Shown: positions 28,805 to 38,875, counted from the stretch's first letter. The stretch: DNA of 44,146 nucleotides from an uncultured Oscillospiraceae bacterium (GCA_964534195.1 CAZHQX010000003.1:1-44146); one strand, 5' to 3'. Program-made: numbers and translations. Notes: generated from the letters alone by a model not told the origin.

Positions 28805-29068
28805 AAAAAATAAAAAAGACGCCCCACAACGGGGCGCCAATAAGCGCGGTACCACCCGTAAACGATCATCGCTGGATAAACGATCACCATCTCGTACTCT
28901 CTAACGGGAAACCGGCCTGCCGGTTTTTCCGTCCCTGACTACTTGCCTGTAAGCTTTTGCCCGGGAAGCTCGCGGATGATTTTCATACTGTCCACCCATC
29001 ATGCGGCTTACACCATCTCCGCACTCGCTGTGATATCCTGACAGACTACTGTTCCGGTCATTGCTTTT
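28805..29068 (-). ncRNA. T-box riboswitch (Ile, AUC specifier)
   Basis: Stem I with AGUA, AGCGA and GGUGUAAG elements; GAAA-AUC-A specifier (AUC at 28980-28978); T-box GGGUGGUACCGCG; terminator GGCGCCCC-guugu-GGGGCGUC-UUUUUU. Confidence 0.93.
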
Positions 29069-29088
29069 AATCAATATAAACAGAGTTG

Positions 29089-29118
29089 ATTATATTGTCA
29101 TGCGCTCATGTTTGTCAA
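29089..29118 (-). promoter_or_regulatory. SigA promoter for T-box-ileS
   Basis: TTGACA (29118-29113), 18-bp spacer, TATAAT (29094-29089). Confidence 0.75.
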
Positions 29119-29184
29119 GTGCAGCCCAAACTAATAAGCAATTATTTACTTGACAGAGGAATATTTTTTGCCGATGATATTTTC

Positions 29185-30093
29185 ATGCTAAACGTACGAC
29201 AGAAAAAAAAGAAAAACCTGCGCTGGATCCCGATAACATTGCTCGTATTGGTAATAGCGGCTGTATTGGTTCTGATCTGGGCTTTTGAGATCGAGCCTCA
29301 TATGCTGCGTCTGACGAAGTACACTGTCAGTTCAGACCAATTGCCCGAATCCTGGGACGGCCGCAAAATCGGCTTCTTGACCGATATCCATGCTGGTCCC
29401 GGCTTCGGCAGTGAGCAGCTGTCTGATGCTGTTGACAGGATGATGAACGAGAAGCCGGATATTATCCTGTACGGCGGCGATCTTGTTGACAGCTCCACTC
29501 CACTTGATGACACTGAATTCGCGTCCGGTATCATTGCCGAGCTGAGCCGGCTTGAGGCTCCCTTTGGCAAATTCGCGGTTATAGGCAATCATGACAATCG
29601 TCTGCGTCACGAGCTGGAAACAGCTATTAGCTGGCTTGAAGAATCTGGTTTTCAGGTTTTGATCAATCAAGCCCTGATCGTAGATGGCATCTGGCTGGGA
29701 GGACTTGATGAGAGTTATTTCGGCAACCCTGATCTGGACTCGGTCTTGAACGGGCCTGATGACGCTTTTACTTTCGGCGATGCGGAAGAAACTGATCTGT
29801 ATCGAATAATGCTGATGCATCAGCCGGATTATCTGCCTTCATATGTCAATAACGAGAGAGTTTCAGCTCTTGATCTCGTATTCTCCGGACATTCTCACAA
29901 TGGCCAGATAACTTTATTCGGTCAGCCTTTGATCAAGGTTCATCAGGGAAGTGAATTCGTACTTGGACAGTATCAGCCCTTCGAGAATTCTGAGGGGCAG
30001 TTGATAGTTAGTGGAGGTCTGGGAACTGTAATCATCCACGCACGGCTATTTAATCTACCGGAAATCGTTACCGTTGATCTAGTCAAAGAATAG
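29185..30093 (+). CDS. Membrane-anchored calcineurin-like metallophosphoesterase (YkuE-like)
   Basis: Basic N-terminus and a TM helix, then TDIH, GGDLVD, GNHD, LMHQPD, SGHSHNGQ; start ATG 29185 inferred. Confidence 0.88.
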   Translation: MLNVRQKKKKNLRWIPITLLVLVIAAVLVLIWAFEIEPHMLRLTKYTVSSDQLPESWDGRKIGFLTDIHAGPGFGSEQLSDAVDRMMNEKPDIILYGGDLVDSSTPLDDTEFASGIIAELSRLEAPFGKFAVIGNHDNRLRHELETAISWLEESGFQVLINQALIVDGIWLGGLDESYFGNPDLDSVLNGPDDAFTFGDAEETDLYRIMLMHQPDYLPSYVNNERVSALDLVFSGHSHNGQITLFGQPLIKVHQGSEFVLGQYQPFENSEGQLIVSGGLGTVIIHARLFNLPEIVTVDLVKE

Positions 30094-31515
30094 CTTGAGC
30101 TTACGTTCGGCAAGCTCCGGCAATCTCTGTTGATAATCGAGCAGATCCTTGCTGTTTGAAACACGTTTAACTCTGGTGCCAACTACTCTCTTGCTTACAG
30201 CACCACTGCCAAGTCCAATAACATCATAACGATCGCTCATCATGGCAACATTGTAAACACAGGCCTTGCCTGGCTTAGCAAAACCGGTATTCTCGAGACC
30301 ACCGGCAACTTCCTTCTGCCGATATAAATAGTATGGATACAAACCCTCATCGCGAAGCCTGCGACCGGCCTCTTCAACAGCTTCTGTCAATTTGAGCTGC
30401 GGCTTAGAGGCTTTTCGCAGGCTGTCACTGTCCATCTGCTGTAGACCGGAGCTGCGCTTAAGCGCTAATGTATGCACAGTTATACTCTCCGGACCCAGAT
30501 CGATCAACTTATCCAAAGAACGTAACAGCTCCTCCGGTTCCTCGCCAGGCAGACCAGCGATAAGATCCATATTTATATGCTTGAAACCGTACGCTCTGGC
30601 CTGCTCATAAGCAGCTATCGTCTGTGCTGTTGTATGTCTCCGGCCAATTCGCTCCAATGTCGCGTCATTCATCGTCTGTGGATTTATACAGATCCGATCA
30701 GCTCCAGCCTGACGAATAAGCTCCAATTTGTTTTTCGTAATTGTATCAGGCCGACCAGCCTCGACCGTCCATTCTCCACCTTCAGCCAGAGGTACATATT
30801 TTACCAATCCCTCCAGCAACCTGGCAAAAGCCGTGTCCGGCAGGCTGGTTGGTGTACCGCCGCCTAAGTACAAGGCTTGCACAGGTCTGGATATTCCAGA
30901 GAAAACCAGCCTCGCTTCCTCAACCATGGTGTCAGCATAAGGCTCAAGCCAGCTCTCCAGCCGATGGGCGTCGCGAGCGATAAAGCTGCAGTAAGAGCAG
31001 CGGCCAGGGCAAAAAGGCACACCTGCATAAACAAACAGATCGTCAGGCGACAGCTTATCCAGGATCAGCTGCTCGGCCAGGGCAGCTTCAAGCCCAAGCT
31101 TTGCTTTTTCCTCTGATAACCGCCAGTAATCAGTTAACTCGCTGATTGCAGCCTCTTCACTGCGATCATTTCGCAAATAGCTCTCCATTACGATCTGCGT
31201 CGGCCTGACACCATTGAGCGAGCCCCAAGGATAATGCGTATCGGTCAACTGCTCCAGCTGGCAGTAAAGCTGCCGCTTGATCTCGCGTCTGAACTTCTCT
31301 GGCGCGACAATTTGAGATAATGTCTGCTGGCCATCGCATTCTGTCTTGATCACATATTTTTCGGCATCATGCAGAAGAATGCTGGTAATTATAACGTTAT
31401 CACTCCCGACGATCAGTTCTTGCTCAGAGCCTGATTCGAAACCGCCGAAAAAGAGGCGTAAAACCTCAGCCAGCGCCTCCTTCTCATCATGTCCTTTGTA
31501 TCTGATAATGGGCAT
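30079..31515 (-). CDS. hemZ: HemZ-like radical SAM protein (HemN family)
   Basis: PWGSLNGVRPT, PFCPGRCSYCSF, YLGGGTPT, TVEAGRPDTI, PYYLYRQK. Confidence 0.88.
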   Translation of the reverse strand: MPIIRYKGHDEKEALAEVLRLFFGGFESGSEQELIVGSDNVIITSILLHDAEKYVIKTECDGQQTLSQIVAPEKFRREIKRQLYCQLEQLTDTHYPWGSLNGVRPTQIVMESYLRNDRSEEAAISELTDYWRLSEEKAKLGLEAALAEQLILDKLSPDDLFVYAGVPFCPGRCSYCSFIARDAHRLESWLEPYADTMVEEARLVFSGISRPVQALYLGGGTPTSLPDTAFARLLEGLVKYVPLAEGGEWTVEAGRPDTITKNKLELIRQAGADRICINPQTMNDATLERIGRRHTTAQTIAAYEQARAYGFKHINMDLIAGLPGEEPEELLRSLDKLIDLGPESITVHTLALKRSSGLQQMDSDSLRKASKPQLKLTEAVEEAGRRLRDEGLYPYYLYRQKEVAGGLENTGFAKPGKACVYNVAMMSDRYDVIGLGSGAVSKRVVGTRVKRVSNSKDLLDYQQRLPELAERKLKLFFD

Positions 31516-31582
31516 TCATATCTCCTGACTAATATCTGATTCTGTACTCGAAACAACTTGATCTTCTGCTGCGTCTGGGGCA

Positions 31583-32764
31583 TCAATTGTCGGACTGCTT
31601 CTGCTCATACCATGCCAGTACAAGATCGATCATACGGCCATAACTCTGCACACCATCAGTCTGCATATTTGCCTGTAAAAATAAATTGTTTGCTTGATTA
31701 GACGCTTCCTGAACCGGGCCATCAAACTGCTGCCAATATGCGCTGCCTGCGGCCAGATCTCTGCGCATGGCATCAGTCAGCCCGCTTGCGACCTCACTAT
31801 AGGCTTCAGGATCCGCCTGATAAAGTCTATTTGTAATCCTGATCCAGGTATCCATCATCACAGAATACTTATAGTCATTGTTCTCTGCGTATAAGCCTGT
31901 TAAAAAAGCGACAAAATTCGCTTCGTCTTCGCGGGCAAAGCCTCTTGTATGAGCAACCTCATGGGCGATCGTGTCAGGAAGCGAATATGCTGGCTGATCG
32001 ATATTTACATTTGCTTCTCCCAAAAACGGATCATACATACCTGTAATCCCTGTATAAGACCAATAATGTGAAAGCATAACACCCTTGGGTCTGATACTAT
32101 GTCCGCGCAGAGCCGGCCAATCCTGTTCGGCCCTGTCATAAGCTGCATTTACATCCAGCATTGTTTGCTTAAGTGAGCTCCCGAGCATGAAAACTCCTTG
32201 TTCATCCTCATTAAGTTCAGCTCTAAGTGCAGCTGCCTCTTGTGTCAACCATTCGGCGGTCTTCGCTAAATCCTCAGACGGCCGCTCTTTTACCGGTAGA
32301 TCAAATATCACAGCCGCCGGCAAACGGGCATAATTAAATCCATGCATCAGCATGAATACGATCAGAAATATCGCAGCTGTCCAGGCAAGCTTAATCAAAC
32401 CCTTGCCGAATCTGGCGGCTCGATTCTCAGGGTTTTTGACTATTCTGATGATCGATCTGATAATCAGAAAAAGTGCAAGCAAAGGCAAAACAGCAACGGC
32501 AGCAATCTCTGTAAGCGAGAATGGGAACAGTGAATTGAATCTGATCAACGGCCATGACAAAACATAAAACACACCATTGATATGAAGCTTTTCCACGAGC
32601 TCAGGCCTGGTGGCAAGCACTCTCTGTGCCAACACGAACAAGACTGTCAGTGGCAGCCAGCCTATTAAGAAAAACAGGCGTTTAAAACGACTCTGCGTTT
32701 GTGCGCTTGTATCACTATCTATTTTTGGGGTTTGTATGTTCTCAGCCTCGATTTCAGCTGGCAT
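31583..32764 (-). CDS. DUF3810-family membrane protein (HExxH putative zinc peptidase)
   Basis: N-terminal TM segments, GFNYAR, GMYDPFLGEANVN, AHEVAHTRGFAREDEANF. Confidence 0.75.
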   Translation of the reverse strand: MPAEIEAENIQTPKIDSDTSAQTQSRFKRLFFLIGWLPLTVLFVLAQRVLATRPELVEKLHINGVFYVLSWPLIRFNSLFPFSLTEIAAVAVLPLLALFLIIRSIIRIVKNPENRAARFGKGLIKLAWTAAIFLIVFMLMHGFNYARLPAAVIFDLPVKERPSEDLAKTAEWLTQEAAALRAELNEDEQGVFMLGSSLKQTMLDVNAAYDRAEQDWPALRGHSIRPKGVMLSHYWSYTGITGMYDPFLGEANVNIDQPAYSLPDTIAHEVAHTRGFAREDEANFVAFLTGLYAENNDYKYSVMMDTWIRITNRLYQADPEAYSEVASGLTDAMRRDLAAGSAYWQQFDGPVQEASNQANNLFLQANMQTDGVQSYGRMIDLVLAWYEQKQSDN

Positions 32765-32822
32765 CTCAACCACCTCTGATTCACATTTGCTCGTTAAATA
32801 TTTTTGAAGTTTGTCTTAGAAA

Positions 32823-33530
32823 TTAATTATGCAACAGCTTCTGCTCCAGCTCGGTAACATTCGCAAAAAATTCTTCAGCACCTGCCCTGCTAAGCTCGTC
32901 AAAGTCTCGAAATCCCCATAGTACTGCCCATGCTTGAACACCGGCTCTGATCGCTGTTTCAACGTCTGAGCCTGAATCACCAACCAGCACAGACATTTCA
33001 GGACGAACGCCCAGCTCTTCGCAAATAAAAATGGTAGAAGCAGGGTCTGGCTTAAGCGGCCAATCTGATCTCTTACCTAAAACCAGATCAAAAGTCCCCT
33101 CAGAGAAATAGTGGTCTGTCATCTCTCTTGTAAACTCATCAGGTTTGTTCGAGAGAACAGCCAAATGATATCCAGCAGCTTTCAACTTCTCCAACAAGCT
33201 CCTGACTCCGGGATATGGCTGAGTTTTCTTAGCCCACCCGTCCGCATAAGCATCGTTGTATAACCTATATAGCTCATCAACCTTGTCTGGGTTAAGCTCA
33301 TCGATATTTACCTGCCTGCCCAGCTTAGTTCCAAGCGCTGAGGCATAGGAGGATTCTACCAGATTTCTCGCGCCGGAGCCTATATGCAGCTTGTATTCAT
33401 TCACGCTGATGGGCTCGAGATCTTCTGTTGCCAAGGCAATGTTACAGCAATCAGCGAGATCTCCGATCGTGTTCAGCAATGTACCGTCGAGGTCAAAAAT
33501 AATGGCTTGTGGATTTTTAATACTAATCAA
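32823..33530 (-). CDS. HAD-IA hydrolase, phosphoglycolate phosphatase-like
   Basis: IFDLDGTLLNT, LSNK, KPDP, VGDSGSD. Confidence 0.88.
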   Translation of the reverse strand: MISIKNPQAIIFDLDGTLLNTIGDLADCCNIALATEDLEPISVNEYKLHIGSGARNLVESSYASALGTKLGRQVNIDELNPDKVDELYRLYNDAYADGWAKKTQPYPGVRSLLEKLKAAGYHLAVLSNKPDEFTREMTDHYFSEGTFDLVLGKRSDWPLKPDPASTIFICEELGVRPEMSVLVGDSGSDVETAIRAGVQAWAVLWGFRDFDELSRAGAEEFFANVTELEQKLLHN

Positions 33531-33611
33531 TTCTAATCTCCTGAATAATATATTTGAATGCTTTTATCATAAAACGACACTCCGTCGCTCCAGTTTACAG
33601 CCTTGCTCCTG

Positions 33612-34388
33612 CTAAATCAAACCGACCCAACGAAGACCGAATAGAACAAGCAGTATGATCGGCTGATGAAAAATATATACCATCAAAGCATTTCTGCCAA
33701 GCCAGGTAAAAGGTGACACGACCCTCAGTAATCTCTGTGAAGCGTTCGGCAGAAGACTGCAGCCTTGAGCGTATAGTAATCTCCCAAGCGCAGCACCTAT
33801 GAAGAAGAAGCCTAACCAGGGAAGAATCGGCATATAGTCACCCATCGTAACGGCATTTTGCGGCAGAAATCCGAGTGGCAGTAATAAATAACCTTGCGGT
33901 CTGGGAGCATATGGTATTATTGTCCCTCCCCAAATAAGCAATGAACCGGCCAGAACAAGAATCGGCAAAAAATATTTCTTGTTTTTGATTTTCTTTTCCA
34001 TGATCGCATAAATAAACGTTCCCAATGCGAGAAGATGCAGGACATTGAAAAAAATCGCCAATTCCAGATCTGTTATCAGCCAAACAGCGGTGGTTGCACC
34101 TGTAAACAGAAGCGCAGCCAAAACCATCTTCAGAGCACGCTTTGAATTGCTTCGGGAGAATGTACAGCAGACACCTGACACTCCCAGAAAAACGAATAAG
34201 AATACAGGCCGCAGCAGAGCATCAAACCACCAGGCCTCCTGAAACGCGAAAATCTTCAGGCCCAGAAGATATCGTAAGTCAAATATAAAATGATGTAAGA
34301 TCATCATAAGAACAGCCAGACCCCTGAGCATATCAAGCTCAAAGGCCCGGCATCTTAAACTCTTACTGTTTGTATCAGGCTGTTTCAA
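33612..34388 (-). CDS. DUF1624 / heparan-alpha-glucosaminide N-acetyltransferase-like membrane protein
   Basis: ELDMLRGLAVLMMILHH, FNVLH, DYMPILPW, LGRNALMVYIFHQP; TTG 34388 follows an SD aaggagg inside the upstream gene. Confidence 0.8.
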   Translation of the reverse strand: MKQPDTNSKSLRCRAFELDMLRGLAVLMMILHHFIFDLRYLLGLKIFAFQEAWWFDALLRPVFLFVFLGVSGVCCTFSRSNSKRALKMVLAALLFTGATTAVWLITDLELAIFFNVLHLLALGTFIYAIMEKKIKNKKYFLPILVLAGSLLIWGGTIIPYAPRPQGYLLLPLGFLPQNAVTMGDYMPILPWLGFFFIGAALGRLLYAQGCSLLPNASQRLLRVVSPFTWLGRNALMVYIFHQPIILLVLFGLRWVGLI

Positions 34389-36933
34389 TAGCAGCTGCCT
34401 CCTTGAGATCAAGCTCCTCTACCGCCCATTCACGCAGCTTGTATTTCTGGATCTTACCGCTGCCGGTCATTGGGAAGCTATCAATAAATTTTATATACTT
34501 CGGTGTTTTATGCTTAGCCATATGACTTCTGACAAATTCTGAAATCTCTGCCTCTGTCACATTGGCACCATCACGCTTTATAACAACAGCAAGCACAGCC
34601 TCGCCATATGTCTTGTCAGGCACGCCAACTACCTGAACATCCTTGACATCTGGATGTGTATAAATAAAATCTTCAATCTCCTTGGGGTAAATATTCTCAC
34701 CACCACGAATTATCATGTCTTTTATTCTACCGGTTATTCTGTAATTGCCATGCTCATCACGTATAGCAAGATCCCCTGTATGCAGCCAGCCGTCTTCATC
34801 GATCGCTGCGGCTGTAGCCTCAGGCATTTTATAATAGCCCTTCATAATGTTGTAGCCCTTGGCAACAAATTCTCCTGCTACACCATCTGGCATATCCTGA
34901 TTAGTTTCAGGATCTACTATTTTACAGCTGACACCTGGCAGTGCTCTGCCAACAGTACCTACACGTACCTCAAGCGGATCATCAACCCTGCTCTGCGTAC
35001 AGCCAGGTGAGCTCTCTGTCTGACCAAATACAATTGTAATCTCAGACATATTCATTTTATCAACAACATCCTGCATAACCTTGATCGGACATGGAGAGCC
35101 AGCCATAATACCAGTTCTCATTTTGGAAAAGTCTATTTTTGCGAAGTCCGGATGCTCAAGAACTGCAATAAACATCGTTGGCACCCCATGCATAGCTGTA
35201 CATTTTTCCTTATCTATTGCTTCAAGCACCTTTGTCGGCTGAAAATACTCAAGCGGAACCATCGTTGTACCATGAGTAACTGATGCCAGAATGGCCAGAA
35301 CCATGCCGAAGCAATGGAAAAAGGGTACAGGAATCAGCAGTTTATCCGCTGTAGAGAAATTCATACAGTCACCGATACATTTGCCATTATTGATTATATT
35401 GTAATGTGTCAGCATGACGCCTTTTGGAAATCCTGTTGTGCCGGAAGTATATTGCATATTAACGACATCATCGTGATGAAGTGTTCTGCCAATCTCATCG
35501 ATTCTGCTCTGCGGTACCGACTCGCCAAGCTTAATAAACTCATCCCAGCCCAGACAGCCTGGCTGGCTGCTGGTGAAGTTAATAACATTCTTCAGAACAG
35601 GCAGCTTAGCGCTATTAAGCTGACCTGGAGTTGACGAGGCCAGTTCTGGACAGATCTCATTTAGTATGGAAACATAATCTGAATCCTTATAGCCATCCAT
35701 CATGACGAGCGTATGAGTATCTGACTGGTGCAGCAGATACTCAGCCTCATGAATTTTATAAGAGGTATTAACTGTTACCAATACCGCACCGATCCTGGCA
35801 GCCGCGAAAAATACCAGCAGCCATTGCGGATGATTCGTTGCCCAAACAGCAACATGGTCACCTTTTCTCACACCTAATGCCAGCAGGCTTCTGGCAGTAT
35901 CATCGATATCTCTCAGAAACTCACTGTAGGTTCTGGCATAGTCCTGAGTCGTATAGCGAACCGCATATTGATCAGGAAACTGACAGGCAACCTTTTCAAG
36001 CAGCTGTCCCATCGTAAGATCAACCAATATATCCTTCTCGAACAGTCTTTTGCCGTCGGCGGTTCCAACAGCCGGAACAGCTCCACCACTTATCTCCGGA
36101 CGTTTACAAACATCTGCGCCTGCCTTATCACGCTGCCAGTTCCTCATCCAGGTCGCATATGCGGGGAATACTATAGCTGCGTCTTCGAGATCGCGGCTCC
36201 AGCGCTTGACCCATTCCAATGAAACGAAGCCCTCATATCCATCTGCATGCAGAATATCCAGAGCCTCTTTTACCGGAAGATCACCAGACCCGACCATACG
36301 ATAGCGAACCTTGCCATCCTCCATAACAGAATCCTTGACATGGACATATGAGATATACTCGCCTAAGTTTGCCCAGGTCTGAGCGGGAGTCTCGCCAAAA
36401 TATCTGAAGGGATGATGGATATCCCAGAGAACACGCACTGATTCATGCGCCAGTTGCTTCATAAGAGCAGCCAATCGTGCTGAGTCAGCATAGACACCAT
36501 TTGTCTCAATCAAAAGCTTCACATTTCTCCATGAAGCATAATCTGCCAGTGAACGCAGAGAGGTAAGTACTACCTGATCATCTACATCTCCCTCTGCCTG
36601 AGGAGCAAGATCGCCTAGCACACGCACATATGGTACGCCAGCTCTTGATGCCAGATCTATATATTCAAACCCCTCTGACATTATTTCCTGACGTCTGTCT
36701 TCTATTTTCAGACAACAATCTGACGAGAAGCAGGTAAGCTCGATACCAAGGGTCTTAAGTCTATCCAGAGTTTCAGGCAATGCCTCATTGGTAAAAGGCT
36801 TAGCTCTGGCAGCGCGAATCTCTTGTCCAAGTCCGCGGATCTCAATACCATCGTAGCCGAGATCCTTTGCCATAGCTGTGATTTCTATCCATGACCATTC
36901 CGGACATCCAAGAGTTGAAAATGAAATTTTCAT
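34375..36933 (-). CDS. Fusion of a xylose-isomerase-like/AP-endonuclease-2 TIM barrel and an AMP-forming acyl-CoA ligase
   Basis: N-terminal FSTLGCP, GYDGIE, LIETNG, WDIHHP, HVKD, SLEW; C-terminal YTSGTTGFPKG, FGQTE, LHTGD, GRIKDMIIRGGENIYP, GKIQK; start at ATG 36933. Confidence 0.88.
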   Translation of the reverse strand: MKISFSTLGCPEWSWIEITAMAKDLGYDGIEIRGLGQEIRAARAKPFTNEALPETLDRLKTLGIELTCFSSDCCLKIEDRRQEIMSEGFEYIDLASRAGVPYVRVLGDLAPQAEGDVDDQVVLTSLRSLADYASWRNVKLLIETNGVYADSARLAALMKQLAHESVRVLWDIHHPFRYFGETPAQTWANLGEYISYVHVKDSVMEDGKVRYRMVGSGDLPVKEALDILHADGYEGFVSLEWVKRWSRDLEDAAIVFPAYATWMRNWQRDKAGADVCKRPEISGGAVPAVGTADGKRLFEKDILVDLTMGQLLEKVACQFPDQYAVRYTTQDYARTYSEFLRDIDDTARSLLALGVRKGDHVAVWATNHPQWLLVFFAAARIGAVLVTVNTSYKIHEAEYLLHQSDTHTLVMMDGYKDSDYVSILNEICPELASSTPGQLNSAKLPVLKNVINFTSSQPGCLGWDEFIKLGESVPQSRIDEIGRTLHHDDVVNMQYTSGTTGFPKGVMLTHYNIINNGKCIGDCMNFSTADKLLIPVPFFHCFGMVLAILASVTHGTTMVPLEYFQPTKVLEAIDKEKCTAMHGVPTMFIAVLEHPDFAKIDFSKMRTGIMAGSPCPIKVMQDVVDKMNMSEITIVFGQTESSPGCTQSRVDDPLEVRVGTVGRALPGVSCKIVDPETNQDMPDGVAGEFVAKGYNIMKGYYKMPEATAAAIDEDGWLHTGDLAIRDEHGNYRITGRIKDMIIRGGENIYPKEIEDFIYTHPDVKDVQVVGVPDKTYGEAVLAVVIKRDGANVTEAEISEFVRSHMAKHKTPKYIKFIDSFPMTGSGKIQKYKLREWAVEELDLKEAAAIETA

Positions 36934-36999
36934 GTTGTTCCCCCCATGTTTCATGTCAGTATCTGTATATAAACAATTGAACCTTTTCTAAATAAGCAA

Positions 37000-37827
37000 T
37001 CATGCCAGATGTTCAGGATCACACAAGGCCGCACCGATTGCAGTCGCGAACTCTGCATGATCCGGCACAATAATATCTACACCATATAGATTCGAGAAGG
37101 CTCCAAGCACCCTCTTCCCTTGAGATACTAGTGTAAGATTACCTGTAAAAACGATCTTGCTGATTTTTTTTAGCTTAGCTGAGAGTACCGCCGCGGTGCC
37201 AACTGACTGAAATACCAGATTGACAATCCCCAGGGCGATATCAGAGGTTGTCGCTGTATCTGTCACCTTGCCAAAATTGGAGGCTGTGGTATCACTGGAT
37301 AGTCCCGGAATTTCCTTGCGACTGATATCCCCGATCGTGAGGTCAATATGACTCAAGTCGCCATTTTCTGCCAATTCAGTAAACATGGTGAAATCGCGAA
37401 CATTGGTCATACGATTCGACAGACCTAACATTGTTCCGCCACCAACTCCAGAACCAATTATATGCTCTACATGATCCTTGTCCGCACTGATAAAAGCCGT
37501 ACCAGTTCCCATGCTCACAACGATTGCTTCATCCAGGCCTGATACATAGAGTCCGCCAAGACCAATCGCTTGAAATTCAGGCGTTCTAACTGTTCTAATA
37601 CTAAGCAGATCACCGGCCAGGTAAGAAGAACCAACACCTGTAACCATAACCCTCTCGATATTGCCAAGATCTATTTGATTCTCATTTGTAAATTTGCCAA
37701 AAGCTCCAAAAGCAGATGCAACAGGATCACTGGCCCTAACCAGCGTTGTACCCAGCAGCTTACCATGCTCCAGACCAATTATTTTCGTCGTGCTGCCGCC
37801 AATATCCAGACCAATTATGATACTCAA
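37000..37827 (-). CDS. coaW: Type II pantothenate kinase (ASKHA family)
   Basis: GLDIGGSTTK, VTGVGS, SMGTGT, GSGVGGGT, DLTIGDI, TASNFGK; TTG 37827 lies 9 nt after SD aaggagg. Confidence 0.8.
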   Translation of the reverse strand: MSIIIGLDIGGSTTKIIGLEHGKLLGTTLVRASDPVASAFGAFGKFTNENQIDLGNIERVMVTGVGSSYLAGDLLSIRTVRTPEFQAIGLGGLYVSGLDEAIVVSMGTGTAFISADKDHVEHIIGSGVGGGTMLGLSNRMTNVRDFTMFTELAENGDLSHIDLTIGDISRKEIPGLSSDTTASNFGKVTDTATTSDIALGIVNLVFQSVGTAAVLSAKLKKISKIVFTGNLTLVSQGKRVLGAFSNLYGVDIIVPDHAEFATAIGAALCDPEHLA

Positions 37828-37842
37828 AATCTGCAACCTCCT

Positions 37843-38853
37843 TCAGCTGAACTTATAGATCCTCCGCGCCATGTAAAATCCAGTCTTAGCTATCATACGA
37901 CCGCTTCTCCCAGGCAGATTAGCTGCTCTGCAAAGATGACTGCGCCGGATCTTGCGGCACATAACCGGATCATGCTTATTAAGATAATCCCATAAATCAG
38001 GAATTTTCTTGAAATTATCTTTATCATCTGAAAGAATCAGATGAACCACACTGATCGTCATCATCATCGTCAGGTATCTATACATATAGCCGCGCAAGCC
38101 TTGATCTTCAATGTCTGATTCCAGATGATAATAAGAGATAAGCAGCTTAGTGACTAAAATCTGTTGATCTATTCGTTTGATCATATTTGTCGTATTGACC
38201 GACTGATCAGGTCTACCTATGAAATATCTGTAGAAATCAACATCTATATACATCATTTTTTTGACATAAGGCAATGGCTGATATGCCACAACATTATCCA
38301 CGTAGAAGGTATGCTCAGGAAGCTTCATGCCACATTGGCGCAGAAGCTCTGTCCGATAGATCATACTGTGCATCAGAAGCAGCTGGCTGACCTTGAACTT
38401 ATTAGTTTGTGCCCATTCAAAATACTTAGACTGTGGGAAGACATTATGATACTGGACGGTATTCCTGGTGCCATTATAAAAATACTCATAGACATAATTT
38501 GTAATAAGCAGATCAAGCTCATGCTGGCAGCTGCGCAGACGATCCAACACCGACATGAAGGCAGCGTTATCGACCCAGTCATCACTGTCGACAACTTTAA
38601 AAAAGACCCCTTCCGCCACTGCAAGACCACGGTTAACTGCCGATCCATGACCGCCGTTCTCTTTACGCTCGACTCGTATCATATCCGGGTATTTTTTTTG
38701 ATATTTATATGCGATTTCTGCTGTATTATCAGTTGAACCATCATCAACAACGATTATTTCGACCTCTGGCCCGCCAACAATAAGTGTTTCGAGACACCGT
38801 TCAAGATAATCCTCTGAGTTATAAGATGGCACAGCAATAGAAAGTAGCTTCAT
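37843..38853 (-). CDS. Family 2 glycosyltransferase
   Basis: LSIAVPSYNSE, IIVVDDGSTD, ENGGHGSAVN, VVDSDD (DXD), YRYFIGRPDQSV; start at ATG 38853 after SD ggagg. Confidence 0.92.
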   Translation of the reverse strand: MKLLSIAVPSYNSEDYLERCLETLIVGGPEVEIIVVDDGSTDNTAEIAYKYQKKYPDMIRVERKENGGHGSAVNRGLAVAEGVFFKVVDSDDWVDNAAFMSVLDRLRSCQHELDLLITNYVYEYFYNGTRNTVQYHNVFPQSKYFEWAQTNKFKVSQLLLMHSMIYRTELLRQCGMKLPEHTFYVDNVVAYQPLPYVKKMMYIDVDFYRYFIGRPDQSVNTTNMIKRIDQQILVTKLLISYYHLESDIEDQGLRGYMYRYLTMMMTISVVHLILSDDKDNFKKIPDLWDYLNKHDPVMCRKIRRSHLCRAANLPGRSGRMIAKTGFYMARRIYKFS

Positions 38854-38875
38854 TTCTATTCCTCCAATGAGCATG

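Noticed and set aside
28859-28886. 10-bp direct repeat TAAACGATCA in the ileS leader
   Set aside because: Only two short copies in the variable region of the T-box; no array or independent function evident
28792-28890. ORF-track N-terminal extension of IleS
   Set aside because: It runs through the T-box antiterminator/terminator; the real start is 28791 with a strong SD
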